A stretch of 63,312 nt of DNA, counting the filler, from Octopus bimaculoides (lineage: Eukaryota): assembly GCF_001194135.2 (NCBI RefSeq). It is 6 parts of 5 records of this genome, joined end to end, with 100 filler letters (N's around TTAATTAATTAA, not from the genome) between each part and the next. Parts side by side here need not be neighbours in the genome. Positions count along the whole stretch, not along the records: positions 35,099 to 57,540 come from NC_069000.1; 5 more parts are not named here. One strand, 5' to 3'. Position numbers and translations under genes: made by a program. Positions 40,814 through 52,277 of the stretch are shown here, piece after piece (the first letter of the stretch is position 1; every line of letters begins with the position of its first letter). The notes beneath the pieces are model-generated. The model saw nothing but the letters and a program-made list of their open reading frames with translations, was not told the DNA's origin and made no database searches.

Positions 40814-43800
40814 GATAGCTGCACCCGTGTTGCATGAGAAAAGTTATTGCCAAAAAGACATACTGAAATGGTTCATTATTGATGCCATGTGATGCCTTTA
40901 TATGACTTTTAAGCCCAGCCAAAGTTTTACACATTCTGTTACATACTGTACAACTGCAGTGGCTGGCAGGAGAAACAGATGCCACTGTATGCACTCTCGT
41001 AATATGTCTTTTCAGACCTGCAGCTGAGAGGCACACCTTTCTACATTTTACACATTTTCTGTTGTGAATTGTAATAGCCACATCACTGTTTATCATAGAT
41101 TGATTCCTGTGAGATTTTTGATGGCTGACCAGGCCTGCACGACTCAAACACCACCACCCACAGACCACACACAAAAAGCAACACTCCCTCACTCTCCATA
41201 GGTTCCCTCCTTCTAAGCCCCCTCCTAATTCTCTCATACTTCACTCTCTCCTTCTCAAACAGCAAACAACCACTATGCACTGTCTTTCTCCATTCATCCC
41301 AGTCTTGTGTCTCCCTCTCCCAATTATCATCTGCAATTCCTGTTTGTTTTAGAGCATTTTTGAAGCAATCCTTAAACCTTAGTTTAGGCTTATGCACTGG
41401 TCTCCTGCTGTCTACCAGCTCACCATACAAAAGCTGCTTCGGCAGTGTCTCATCACTCAATGGCCATTTTCCAGTTTATCCCCAAAATTTTTCTCAGACA
41501 GTATTGATGGTATCGTTCCAGTTGCCTTACATGCCTATGGTAAATAACCCATGCCTCACTCCCATATAGCAAAGATGGCAGGACGTACATGTTATATACC
41601 TTAACTTTAATTTGTGAAGATATATCATGTCTTGTCCACAGATGCCTATCAAACCTATCAAAAGCACTACTGATTCTATAGGAAATTTCACCATCAAGAC
41701 CAGCTCAAGGTACTTCCTAAATAAATAAATCTAGACACAGTCTCCAACCTTTGACCATTTACAGTTATAAAAGGTTCCACATACATTTTGGAGGGAGCAG
41801 GGTGGTACATTATAACAGTTTTTTTCAGATTGATTGTTAGACTCAATACTGCACATGCTGCAGAAATTGCATTCAGCATATCTTTCTGGGAATGTGCCAA
41901 CAGGTCACAATCATCTGCATACAAGAACTCAATGAGGTGAGAATGCAGAACTTTCGTTTTGGCATCAAGCCTTTGAACAGTTTTTCCCGTTATCCTCTAT
42001 CTTATATAAACCCCTTCAGTGCAATTTTCAAAAACTATTTGAAAGACTATTGCAAAATACATAGCAAACAACGTAGGAGCAGGAATATCACTTTGTTTTA
42101 CACCATTTTCTACAGAAATTGGATCTGATAAGGTATCTCCAACATTAACTCTCACTTCCATCTTGTCATGAAACTGTCTAAGCATTCTCACAAATTTTCA
42201 GGGCATCCTAGCTTTTTCAGGATCTCCCAAAGTGCAACTCTCTTGACAGAATCAAATGCTTTCACTAGATCCTTTAAAACCTGATATAAATCCATAACCT
42301 ATTCAATGCACTTCTCTTGCAACTGTCTAGCTGAAAATATCATATCCATAGTACTCCTACTACCTCTAAACCCACATTGTGACTCTGGTAGAATCTCATC
42401 AGCAATGTGCAGAAGCAATCTATCCAGCACTACCCTATAAAGGACCTTTCCAGCAACAGCTAGCAGACAGATGCCATGATAATTATTACAGACTTCCTTT
42501 CCACCTTTCAATTTATATAGTATCTCCATAGTTGCATCACACCAATCCAGAGGAACCTCTTCACTATGCCAAACTCTCTGATTACATCCGTCAACATCGT
42601 ACAAAGATGATCGCCATAATATTTATATACCTCTGCACCTAGTCCATCCATACCAGGGGTCTTTCCATGGTTCAATTTCCTGATTGCTGCTTTTATTTCA
42701 ACCAGGTTTGGCACCTCTGCTAAAGGATGTTTTGTTGGTCTCTCAAGTATGTTATCAAGAAAAGAGCAGTCAACTTAAGTGGGTCTATTGAGGAACTCAT
42801 CAAAATGCTCTTTCCATCTCCCAGTAATATCTTTAAGATTTATTAATAATTCTGTGTTACCCTTGCTCCGAAATGGCACAACTGTTGATGAAGCTGGTTC
42901 ATAAAATTTTTCAAGAGAAAGTAAAAAGGTTTGGAATTTAGCATTTAAAGCTTCTTGGATTTCATCACATCTATTACTCCATCAATTTTCCTGCATCATC
43001 CTCAGCTTCCTGTACACTGTTGCTTTTACTGCCTTGAAATGTGTAGTCACTGTCCTGTTCACTGACATGTCAACATTTTGCAACATGTTAAATGCCTTTC
43101 GCTTCTCCTTTAAGACAAGACTAATTTCTTTATCATTATTGTCAAACCAATCTAGGTGCTTTTTTTACAGCAAGGCCAAGAATGTCATGACAAACGTCAT
43201 GTACTCGTTCTTTGAACGACTTCCATCTTCCATCACAGGATAAATTATTTATGTCACAAACACATTGTGTTCTGACAGTATCTTAAGTTTATTGACATCA
43301 ATCTGCTTAGGTAATTTGTCATTATTTGCTCTAATCTTAAGCTTGACAACAAAATTCACCTTGGCATGCAAAAGCCTTTGGTCGGTCCAGCACTTTGCAT
43401 CACACATCACTTGTACAATAGCAAAGTGCCTAGTATTTTGTTTCCTGGTGAGGATGTAATCTATATGATGGCATTTCTTAGAACCAGGGTGCATCCATGT
43501 CATTTTATAATTATTTTTTCGTTGAAACATTGTGTTCATGACACACAAATCCATCTCTATGCACATTTGTAATAGTAGTAAATCATTACTGTTGGAACTC
43601 CCAACCCCATGCCTACCTAAGACACCCCAAGTCTCCCAATATGTACCAATGTGAGTATTAAAATCACTTTGTCATCAGTGGGGATACTGTGTATAATCTC
43701 TGTGATAGATAGAAAGCAAGTTTATTATCTTCTAATGAATTCATAGTTGGAGCATATATACTTATGAGTGTTGCATAGTGACCTCTTCGTAATGGAAGTC

Positions 43801-44570
43801 TTAAAGACATCAAATGATCAGAATGGTAGTTCCTCAAATTTTGAAACCAGAGTGGTTTTGATTGCAAATCCCACTCCTAATTCTTTCTTATAGGTCTCAT
43901 CTCTACCGTTCCAAATTAAATGATATCCAGTAGATTTCTCTACAAAATTCCCTTTCCCATGAATTCTTGTTTCAGCTAATGCTACGACATCCATATCACA
44001 TTGCTGTAATTCTTTTGTAACAAGCGTGGATCTTCTCTCCAGGCGAGATTTCAGACATTGTCAAATAAATTTCGAACATTCCAACATCCTATATTCATAG
44101 GCATGCATCTTAACCTGAATTCACCCACAGTGGTAAGATCCAGGCTGTGGTGTCCTGGGACACCTGCCAGGCCAGACCACGGAACAAAATGTTCCAGATC
44201 CCTTTTTCCATTTGCTTCAGTATCAATATCAACTTTCATTGCTTGGTTTGCCAGGTACATACAAGTTGTTCATTTCTTCTTCTTCTCTATCCATACCTAT
44301 GCTTCACACTTTTTAAAGCGAGGAAAAGTTTTGCACAGAAACCATTCTCACTCTCTAAACTACAAATCATGATTCAAAAAGAAAAGCAAGTTGACATCAT
44401 TGGGTGCATTTTCAGTTGCAGGTTTTATATCAGAGTGTCCTTCTCCCTGTCTTTGCCCAATCAAAGGCTAACTACAAGACAACAGTGAAGTATTTAAATT
44501 CAGAGTCACCTTCTCCGAGATAGACTGTCTTTGCCATGGCTTGGGTAAACAAAGGAGCTCCATCCACCCC
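40814..44570 (-). mobile_element. Near-full-length RTE-clade LINE, decayed (5' UTR, APE endonuclease, RT, three C2H2 fingers)
   Basis: NIGCWNVRNL, LISIYAPT, TWMHPGSK..HHIDYIL (APE); PGMDGL, LPESQCGFR, YADDCDLLA, FIYLGS (RT); LPKQLLYGEL; fingers at 40887-41171; many frameshifts and stops. Confidence 0.92.
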
Positions 44571-44974
44571 TTATCTATTTATCATACAAAAAAAAAAAAA
44601 AAAAATTAAAACTTGAGATAAAATTAAATAAAAATAAGAATAAAAATTGAGATATAATATATACAATTTAAAACAATATTTACAATATGCATACATACAG
44701 TGTGAAATACAAAATATACAAAATATAGACATACACACACACACTCCACACACATGTCCACAAACACACATCACTGAATGGCTGTTGACTACACTGTAGT
44801 ACTTCCACCCTTTGATGAGTCTTATTTTTTGTCCTGCAGGGTGTTCAACAATCACCCTCCTCACCAAGCACGCTTGATGAGGTTGCCAGTTTAGTTGCTG
44901 ATGACCTGACCATGTGGCAGGTTGTAACAAAGATGCAACAAATGATGCAGTAGAAAGTTACTTGAAACTTTCAG

Positions 44975-45454
44975 ATGTCGAAAAATAATAGTGGTGATGA
45001 CGATGGTAACAAACGTTACCTTACCTCAGTTTATGAGAGACAGGAGTTTCTGAAGAAGTCTGGTTGTAAAAGCGAAAATGAAGCTGGACTTTTAAGGGAA
45101 GGCCTCTTGCTTGGCAGTGGATCAGTAAAGATGCAGACTGATCATGGCTGTTATCCTAATACAGCATCAGCAAGTAATAGAGCAAGGAGGAGGAAGTGGA
45201 CCAGCGAAGAAAACAGGATAGCGATGCAGTGCTACTTAGAAAGTGAACCTAAAAGAAGGGGCCATAGAAAACAGATGTTAACACTTTGGGTAGAGATGGG
45301 GATGGAACAGAGATTAGTTCATCAAGCTAATGCTATTAGGAGAAGAAAGTGGATGACAGAATTGGAGGTAGACATAAAACCCTGTTTAGTACAGCTCCCG
45401 AAAACAGTGTTATTAGGGACAGCTAGGATACTTAGGAGGGTTCTTGCTATCTAA
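44975..45454 (+). mobile_element. Internally deleted R4/Dong mini-element: N-terminal domain fused in frame to the extreme C-terminus, 159-codon open frame, then (TAA)n
   Basis: RRRKWTSEEN..MQCY..SEP..RG.RK.ML.LW...EQRL..QAN.I (R4/Dong N-terminus) joined to KTVLLGTARILRRVLAI* (compare the C-termini at 35814 and 38090). Confidence 0.75.
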
Positions 45455-45457
45455 GGC

Positions 45458-45506
<49 letters not shown>

Positions 45507-45507
<1 letters not shown>

Positions 45508-46062
45508 TGCCCGGATGCATACCAGGCAGTGGCTCTCATGGCTTCTAATCTTAATTAATTGGAAGTGTTATCATGTACATTGTTTGTCTTGGTCTAAAAA
45601 GATGGGTTACAGCAAATATTCTGCTTAATACCACAGATTTGCTTGTCAGTTGTTTGACCTTAACCAGTTGAGCATGTCCCTTGGTGGCTGGCAATATGTG
45701 CATCTCTGATCATGAGCAGAAGTAGTGGGGGAGCATCATAGCCATGTGTTGAGAGGAATTCTTTGGGGTTTGAATAATTCACCTTTGGAAACATGAGTGT
45801 TTTGCTCAACATCCTTAAACAAGCCTTATTCAGGGACCTTTTGAGCGGGATGGGCTACTTGACCTGAAGAAATATTCTAACTGGGCCCCACCTGCGAGGT
45901 CATGTGCTGTTTATCTTGATATGAGATCACCATGTCGCGCATATATGGTTGTGATGCATGTGCCTGGTGTACCCTTATCAGACGAGTAGTCATGATGGGT
46001 ATAATGGGCTTCGTATATTTTACCCCAGTGTCACTTTGATGGCATGCCCTGCTCTCTCAGTC
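45507..46062 (+). mobile_element. Full copy of the ~555-bp TAA-flanked repeat
   Basis: Aligns end to end with 56288-56838; (TAA)n on both sides. Confidence 0.9.
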
Positions 46063-46089
46063 AATAATCATAATAATAATAATAATAAA

Positions 46090-46262
46090 TCAGGTCAGAA
46101 GAGAATAAATCAATTTCAACAGAATTGATTGTTTGGGACAGACCAGAGGAGGTTTTATCACTAAATAAATAGTGTAGAAGAAACTACTGAAAATGAAAAG
46201 TTTAATGCCGAAGAAGCTAAAAGGTTCTGGACTGATATTTGGAATAAGCCAGTTAATTACCA
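46090..46262 (+). mobile_element. R4/Dong ORF middle fragment
   Basis: RINQFQQN*LFGTDQRRFY...AEEAKRFWTDIW, a pre-RT segment typical of this clade. Confidence 0.7.
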
Positions 46263-46756
46263 TGCTTGTGATCTTGCTGTACTTCTTGTACCTCCAAAGT
46301 TTACACTGGAAACACTGTGTTCAATTCCTGCTTACTTATAACAGGATCTGTCAAACCTTAGAACTGTACCAAGCTCCAATGTCAGCTTTGGCAAGGTTTC
46401 CATGGCTGGAAACTCTTCCTAACACCAAACGCTTTACAGTGTATAGTAGATGCTTTTTTTGTGCCACCAGCACAACTGATGTCATGTAATACACATATAC
46501 AACAAGGCATGTGGCCCACTGGTTTGAGTGTTGAACTCATATTCATTAGGTTGTGAGTTTGATTCTCTGATTAGGGCAGTGTGTTGTGTTGTTGCGCAAT
46601 GGACTCCATTTCACATTATTTAAGTTCACTCAGCTGAAAATGAATACCAGAAACAGTTGATGAGGGTAACCTTGCAATGGATTCACCATTGAAACTATCT
46701 TGAACCTAATGGCTCGAGATAGCTTTCAATTGTAATCCTAATATGTATGCATATAT

Positions 46757-46944
46757 ATCATCATCATCATCATTATTTAGTGTCCATTTTCTATGCTGGC
46801 ATTGGTAAGATGGTTTAACTGGGACTGGTTAGCTGGAGAGCTGCAATAGGCTCCAGTCTATTTGGGCTTGGTTTCTAAGGTTGGATGTCCTTCCTAATGT
46901 CAAACACTCCTCAGAGTGTACTGGGTGCTTTTTACATTTCACTG

Positions 46945-46945
<1 letters not shown>
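46757..46945 (-). mobile_element. 3' end of an RTE (Rex3-like) LINE with a (GAT)n tail (family E)
   Basis: Matches 52277-52440 and 55320-55500. Confidence 0.75.
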
Positions 46946-46979
<34 letters not shown>

Positions 46980-47104
46980 CGTGCGTGCGTGAGTGCTTGC
47001 GTGTGTGTGTGTGTGAAACAGGGTTCTGCAAAGTTTTCATTAATAAATTCTGCAACAAAGAAAATGACCAGGGCATCACTCAGCATGAGTGAACCAGAAA
47101 CCAT

Positions 47105-47246
47105 ATGGTTTCATTTCGAGAGCTTAGTGAACTGGAGCAATGTGAAATAAAGTATCTTGCTCAAGGACACAACATACAGCCTGGTCCGGGAATTGGACTG
47201 AAGATTGTGAACACAACACTCTAACCACTGAGCCATGTGCTTTCAC
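47105..47246 (-). mobile_element. SINE family C 5' part (another diverged copy at ~46503-46680, +)
   Basis: Homology to 10058-10190. Confidence 0.65.
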
Positions 47247-48011
47247 CTCTTAATAATATTTGAAACTAATATATCAAAATGATTAAAGCAAGCTGTAGTT
47301 TACCTTGCTAATATCTGTACCAACTGTCTTTGACTCCACAGTCTTAGAAGTACAGAAATCTAATACTAATCCTTATTTGAAACTCTAACAGAACTTAGCA
47401 CTAAACTGTTGAGCAGCAAACTAGCTTCTGCATGCTGCTAAGATAATGTGCATGTATGTGTTAGTATCTTTATGCGTTTGTGTGTGTGTGTGTATGTGTG
47501 TGAGAGAGAGAGAAAGAGAGTATGTTTATGTGAGTGTGTGTGTGCATATGTGTGGGGTGTATATGTGTGTATGTGTGTGTGTGTACTGTGATTTGTGATA
47601 TATATTTCTAGTATTGTGAATGCATATGCATATATGCTTAACTACACATAAATATGAATGTTTATGTATATGTATGTGTATGCATATATTTGAAAATATA
47701 TATATATAGATGTAAATATGTATACATATATATATACATATATATGTGTATATCCATATGTCTGTGTTTATGTGTGCATATAATATACATGTATATATAC
47801 ATACAAATATATATATTTATATGCACCTATATATACATGTATGTGTATGTGTATGTGTACATGCAGCACATGCATACATACATATGTATACATATATCTA
47901 TATTTATCCACACACACACATATATGTATAGTGAGAATGCAAGAGAGAAAGAGAAAGGGAAGAAGATGAGAGGCAGAGACTCAAAGAACCTACAAGCTAT
48001 GCATAAGAGAA

Positions 48012-48047
<36 letters not shown>

Positions 48048-48949
48048 ATCATATGTGCAAAGAGAGATATACATAAATAGATGGGGAGAGAGGAGGGTGA
48101 AGAAAGGGAGACATGAATCAGAGGGTGAAATACAGAGTACCCACAGGCTATATCATCATCAATAGCAGTACCTGTTGTAACAATAACAACAACAACAACA
48201 ACAGCAGCAGCAGCAGCAGCAACAACAACAACTACAACAACAACAACAACAATCTGGATGTCTTCACCACCAAAAATAGAAACAACAGATCTAAATTACT
48301 GCTGGGTTAATTGTTACCTCAAGATTGTTTTTCTTTATTTCAGCACTGATTACAGCAGGTTTTGGCAAAGACACTTTGTTGGTAAGCATCAGAGTATCAG
48401 ATGCTAGTGATTGAGGTGGTGGTGGTGGTGGTGGTGGGAGATATGAGCAGGTGGTATACAGGGTAGATCTTGGTTAACACTTCTTCATTTTCGTTCACAT
48501 AATGGATTTCTTATATAATGCATGAAGATCTTGAGTTTACAAAGAAGAATGGAAATCTGCTTGTGTGATGATGATAATGCAGCAGCAGTAGTAGTAGCTA
48601 GGTATATCTCAGATAAAAATAACCAGCATTCATAGATTTTTGTGGTTGAAATTAAATATAGTGCACCATGCTGCATGCAAGTTTACCTGGTTTGCCTGTA
48701 CAGACTGTGTGAAAGAGTAGTTAAGTGAAATGGTAGAATTTGTTGAACTAGTGGTGGTCTATGTTGGTAAATAGTAATAATGGAAAGTTTTCAAAATGAA
48801 ATAATTTATTTTTCCATAATGAGAGGACTGAGATATGTGGTGAATTGCTGTACTTGAGAAGACCTGCCCACTACAATAGAATTGAGATCCTAAAACTAAG
48901 GTGCTAAGTAAAAAGCACTAGTGTTGGTACCATTTAAAAAGCATTAGGA

Positions 48950-49082
48950 AGGGCATCCATTTGTAGGAACCAAGCCAAAACAAACTTTGGAACTTGGTGC
49001 AGCCCCTAGCCTTCACAGTCAAGCTGTCCAACCCATGCCAGCATGGAAAACAGACATTAGATGATGCTGATGATGATGATGA
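48950..49082 (+). mobile_element. Family E LINE 3'-end fragment (smaller stubs at ~49400-49485 and ~49668-49710)
   Basis: CAACCCATGCCAGCATGGAA...(GAT)n. Confidence 0.7.
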
Positions 49083-49130
49083 ATCCTTTCAATCTAGAGA
49101 AGTTCTTGTTCAAAACTAAATCATCTAACT

Positions 49131-49347
49131 ACATTATTTACATTATTTACATTTGACGGATATTTGTCCTCATCTTGTTTGTTGTTAACACAACGTTTTG
49201 GCTGATATACCCTCCAGCCTTCGTCAGGTGTCTTGGGTATATCAGCCGAAACGTGTTAACAACAAAAAAGATGAGGACAAATATCCGTCAAATGTAAATA
49301 ATGTAAATAATGTAAATAATTCCTCATCTCTTAAATATAGAACTGTA
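49131..49347. mobile_element. Penelope-like terminal fragment with an ~80-bp inverted duplication and an 11-13-bp TSD
   Basis: Arms 49131-49212 and 49235-49313; TSD AAATCATCTAA at 49118-49128 and 49348-49358; hammerhead fold inside. Confidence 0.75.
49187..49232 (-). ncRNA. Minimal type-I hammerhead ribozyme fold, G12A in this copy
   Basis: Minus strand GACAC-CTGACGA-AGGCTG GAGGGTATAT CAGCC-AAAA-CGTT-GTGTT. The duplicated arm shows the ancestral GAAA (49248-49251). Confidence 0.72.
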
Positions 49348-49737
49348 AAATCATCTAATTCTGCATTGTGAGTGACAATTGAGAACAAGAAGGGCATTGA
49401 GCTGGAAGAAAGTTGGTTTCAACAGCTTTTACCAAACCCATCCAAGCATGGGATAACAGGCATTAAAATGACAAAATGATGATGAAATAATAATGAACTA
49501 AGTCAGTGATAATAAAATACTTAATGCTTAGAGTAAAGAAATTTTGACTTGATCAAAACTTTTTCCCCTATGAAAAGAAATCACTTGCTATATATTTAAA
49601 TCTAATCAAAACAGGCAGAGAAAATAACTCTAAAATCTTGATTGATTAAAAATTTAAACTTCGCTAGTCCAACTCATGCCAGCATGGAAGACAGATGTTA
49701 AAAATTATTGATAATGATGACTTACAGTGAATGGAAA

Positions 49738-49955
49738 ACAACCCTTCAGCATTTAAACTGGCCCTATCTGACCTAAAATTTTCTACCTGTTTAATGTTCT
49801 AATTGGCCAGACCTGGCCTCTCACACCTACCCAACAATGTCATTAAAAACATAAACAATCACATTGTTAAAGTCTCAAAGCCATAAAATAATGCATGATT
49901 ATTTCAAATCAATGTGAATGAATATGACTGAGTAACCTGAATGCTAAGGGGTTAA
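49738..49955. mobile_element. piggyBac-type MITE (~220 bp)
   Basis: Left AACCCTTCAGCATTT versus right AATGCTAAGGGGTTAA; TTAA intact on the right, degenerate on the left. Confidence 0.75.
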
Positions 49956-50108
49956 TGAGTATGAATTAAAGCATTAGTCTTTCAGCAGGTGGTTTGGAAC
50001 TAGAGTGAATGAGAAGATATAATTGGTACCTGAATAATTGCTTTTAACTTACAATAGAATCAAATTCTAGCTCAGTATGTCTGACTGACATACATTCTTT
50101 GATAAATA

Positions 50109-50134
50109 TCTATATATATAAAAATGAGAATGTG

Positions 50135-50173
<39 letters not shown>

Positions 50174-51618
50174 GTGAATCCCTAAAACTCGAGAACTACG
50201 CAACCAATTTCATTAAAATTTTATAGATGCCTTACTTAGGGTTCCAGTTGTGTTTTAGTCAAAAAAAATTTTAACTTCTTGCAGAGTTCGAGCCCACGGC
50301 AACATAATATCTCCTCCACTATTTAAGTATTACGTGTCAAAAATGAAACAAAAACACTCATGTCAAATACTTTCACTTTAAAAATGAAACTATTCTACTA
50401 ACTGAAACAATCACATTTTGATACTGTAATGACAGATACTTTCAGAGAGAGAGAGAAAGAGAGAGAGAGAAAGAGAAAGAGAGAAAGAGAGAGAGAGATG
50501 TATATGTATACNNNNNNNNNNNNNNNNNNNNNNNNNNNNNNNNNNNNNNNNNNNNNNNNNNNNNNNNNNNNNNNNNNNNNNNNNNNNNNNNNNNNNNNNN
50601 NNNNNNNNNNNNNNNNNNNNNNNNNNNNNNNNNNNNNNNNNNNNNNNNNNNNNNNNNNNNNNNNNNNNNNNNNNNNNNNNNNNNNNNNNNNNNNNNNNNN
50701 NNNNNNNNNNNNNNNNNNNNNNNNNNNNNNNNNNNNNNNNNNNNNNNNNNNNNNNNNNNNNNNNNNNNNNNNNNNNNNNNNNNNNNNNNNNNNNNNNNNN
50801 NNNNNNNNNNNNNNNNNNNNNNNNNNNNNNNNNNNNNNNNNNNNNNNNNNNNNNNNNNNNNNNNNNNNNNNNNNNNNNNNNNNNNNNNNNNNNNNNNNNN
50901 NNNNNNNNNNNNNNNNNNNNNNNNNNNNNNNNNNNNNNNNNNNNNNNNNNNNNNNNNNNNNNNNNNNNNNNNNNNNNNNNNNNNNNNNNNNNNNNNNNNN
51001 NNNNNNNNNNNNNNNNNNNNNNNNNNNNNNNNNNNNNNNNNNNNNNNNNNNNNNNNNNNNNNNNNNNNNNNNNNNNNNNNNNNNNNNNNNNNNNNNNNNN
51101 NNNNNNNNNNNNNNNNNNNNNNNNNNNNNNNNNNNNNNNNNNNNNNNNNNNNNNNNNNNNNNNNNNNNNNNNNNNNNNNNNNNNNNNNNNNNNNNNNNNN
51201 NNNNNNNNNNNNNNNNNNNNNNNNNNNNNNNNNNNNNNNNNNNNNNNNNNNNNNNNNNNNNNNNNNNNNNNNNNNNNNNNNNNNNNNNNNNNNNNNNNNN
51301 NNNNNNNACTGTATGTTGGCTGCTCAAGAGTGGGCAGCAACAAAAAACCTATTTGTATATGCTCCACAAGGGAAAACAAGGAACATAGTTTACAATGAGG
51401 TGTTATAATCACAACAGCAAGAAAGTATGTACATGATCACCTTCTTTTACGAAACTTCATTGACTTTCATATATTTATATTGATATACATATATATACGT
51501 GTGTTTGGGTGCGTGTGTGTATATACATCTCTATATATAAAGATGATGCGTAGTCTAGACAGCGTTTTTAGATTTCATTATTCTCTTTAACCCGGGCAAC
51601 GCCGGGTATTTCTGCTAG
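50109..51618 (+). mobile_element. Non-autonomous Helitron retaining the helicase C-terminus (spans an N gap)
   Basis: A|TC 5' end followed by (CTGT)n; 3' hairpin ACCCGG-GCAACG-CCGGGT (51590-51607) and CTAG|T end; 51309-51408 encodes LYVGCSRVG..NLFVYAPQGKTRNIVYNEVL* with one frameshift. Confidence 0.8.
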
Positions 51619-52229
51619 TAATATATAAATAAACCTATAAGGATTCAGTAGTACACAGAAAGTAGATGTTAATTTCACAAAACTGATCAAATTTTATTGT
51701 ATGTTTCACCTGGGACTGAATTTAAGTAATGGGATATGGCCCACAGGCCTCCATATATTGGTTGGGGTTGCTTTATTTCAGCTTAGAGTTACAGATTTAA
51801 AAGATATATTTACAGCAATTATATTAATTTGTAATTTTTTTAATTGCTTATATTTGTTAAATTTAATATAGGTCTTTTAAAATCATTGAGTCCTCTTTTG
51901 ATTTATTGGGTCCTTTTGGATGTAAAATGCCATTAGATTTAATTGAGTCCTTCTGAATCTACTGAAGCCCTTTTAAGTTTAGGGGTCTCTTCAAACTGTT
52001 TGGGGCTACTATATTTAATGAACTCACCTTTATCATTGCATTATGTTTTGATTTAGCCCTCAAACCTATTGAATTGGGGTCACACTAGATCTAAATCCAG
52101 CCCTGGTCACCACCACCACACCTCCAGCCACAACTATGACAACTACATCTAGCACCACTACCGCCACCACTGTCACNNNNNNNNNNNNNNNNNNNNNNNN
52201 NNNNNNNNNNNNNNNNNNNNNNNNNNNNN

Positions 52230-52276
<47 letters not shown>

Positions 52277-52277
<1 letters not shown>

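Noticed and set aside
44839-44920. Strong acceptor plus open frame (GVQQSPSS...MWQ) as a host exon
   Set aside because: Weak donor; the peptide could equally be a LINE 3' remnant.
45507-45545. CTGATGCAG in the 555-bp repeat as a hammerhead core
   Set aside because: Not CUGANGA, and no stem II plus GAAA follows.
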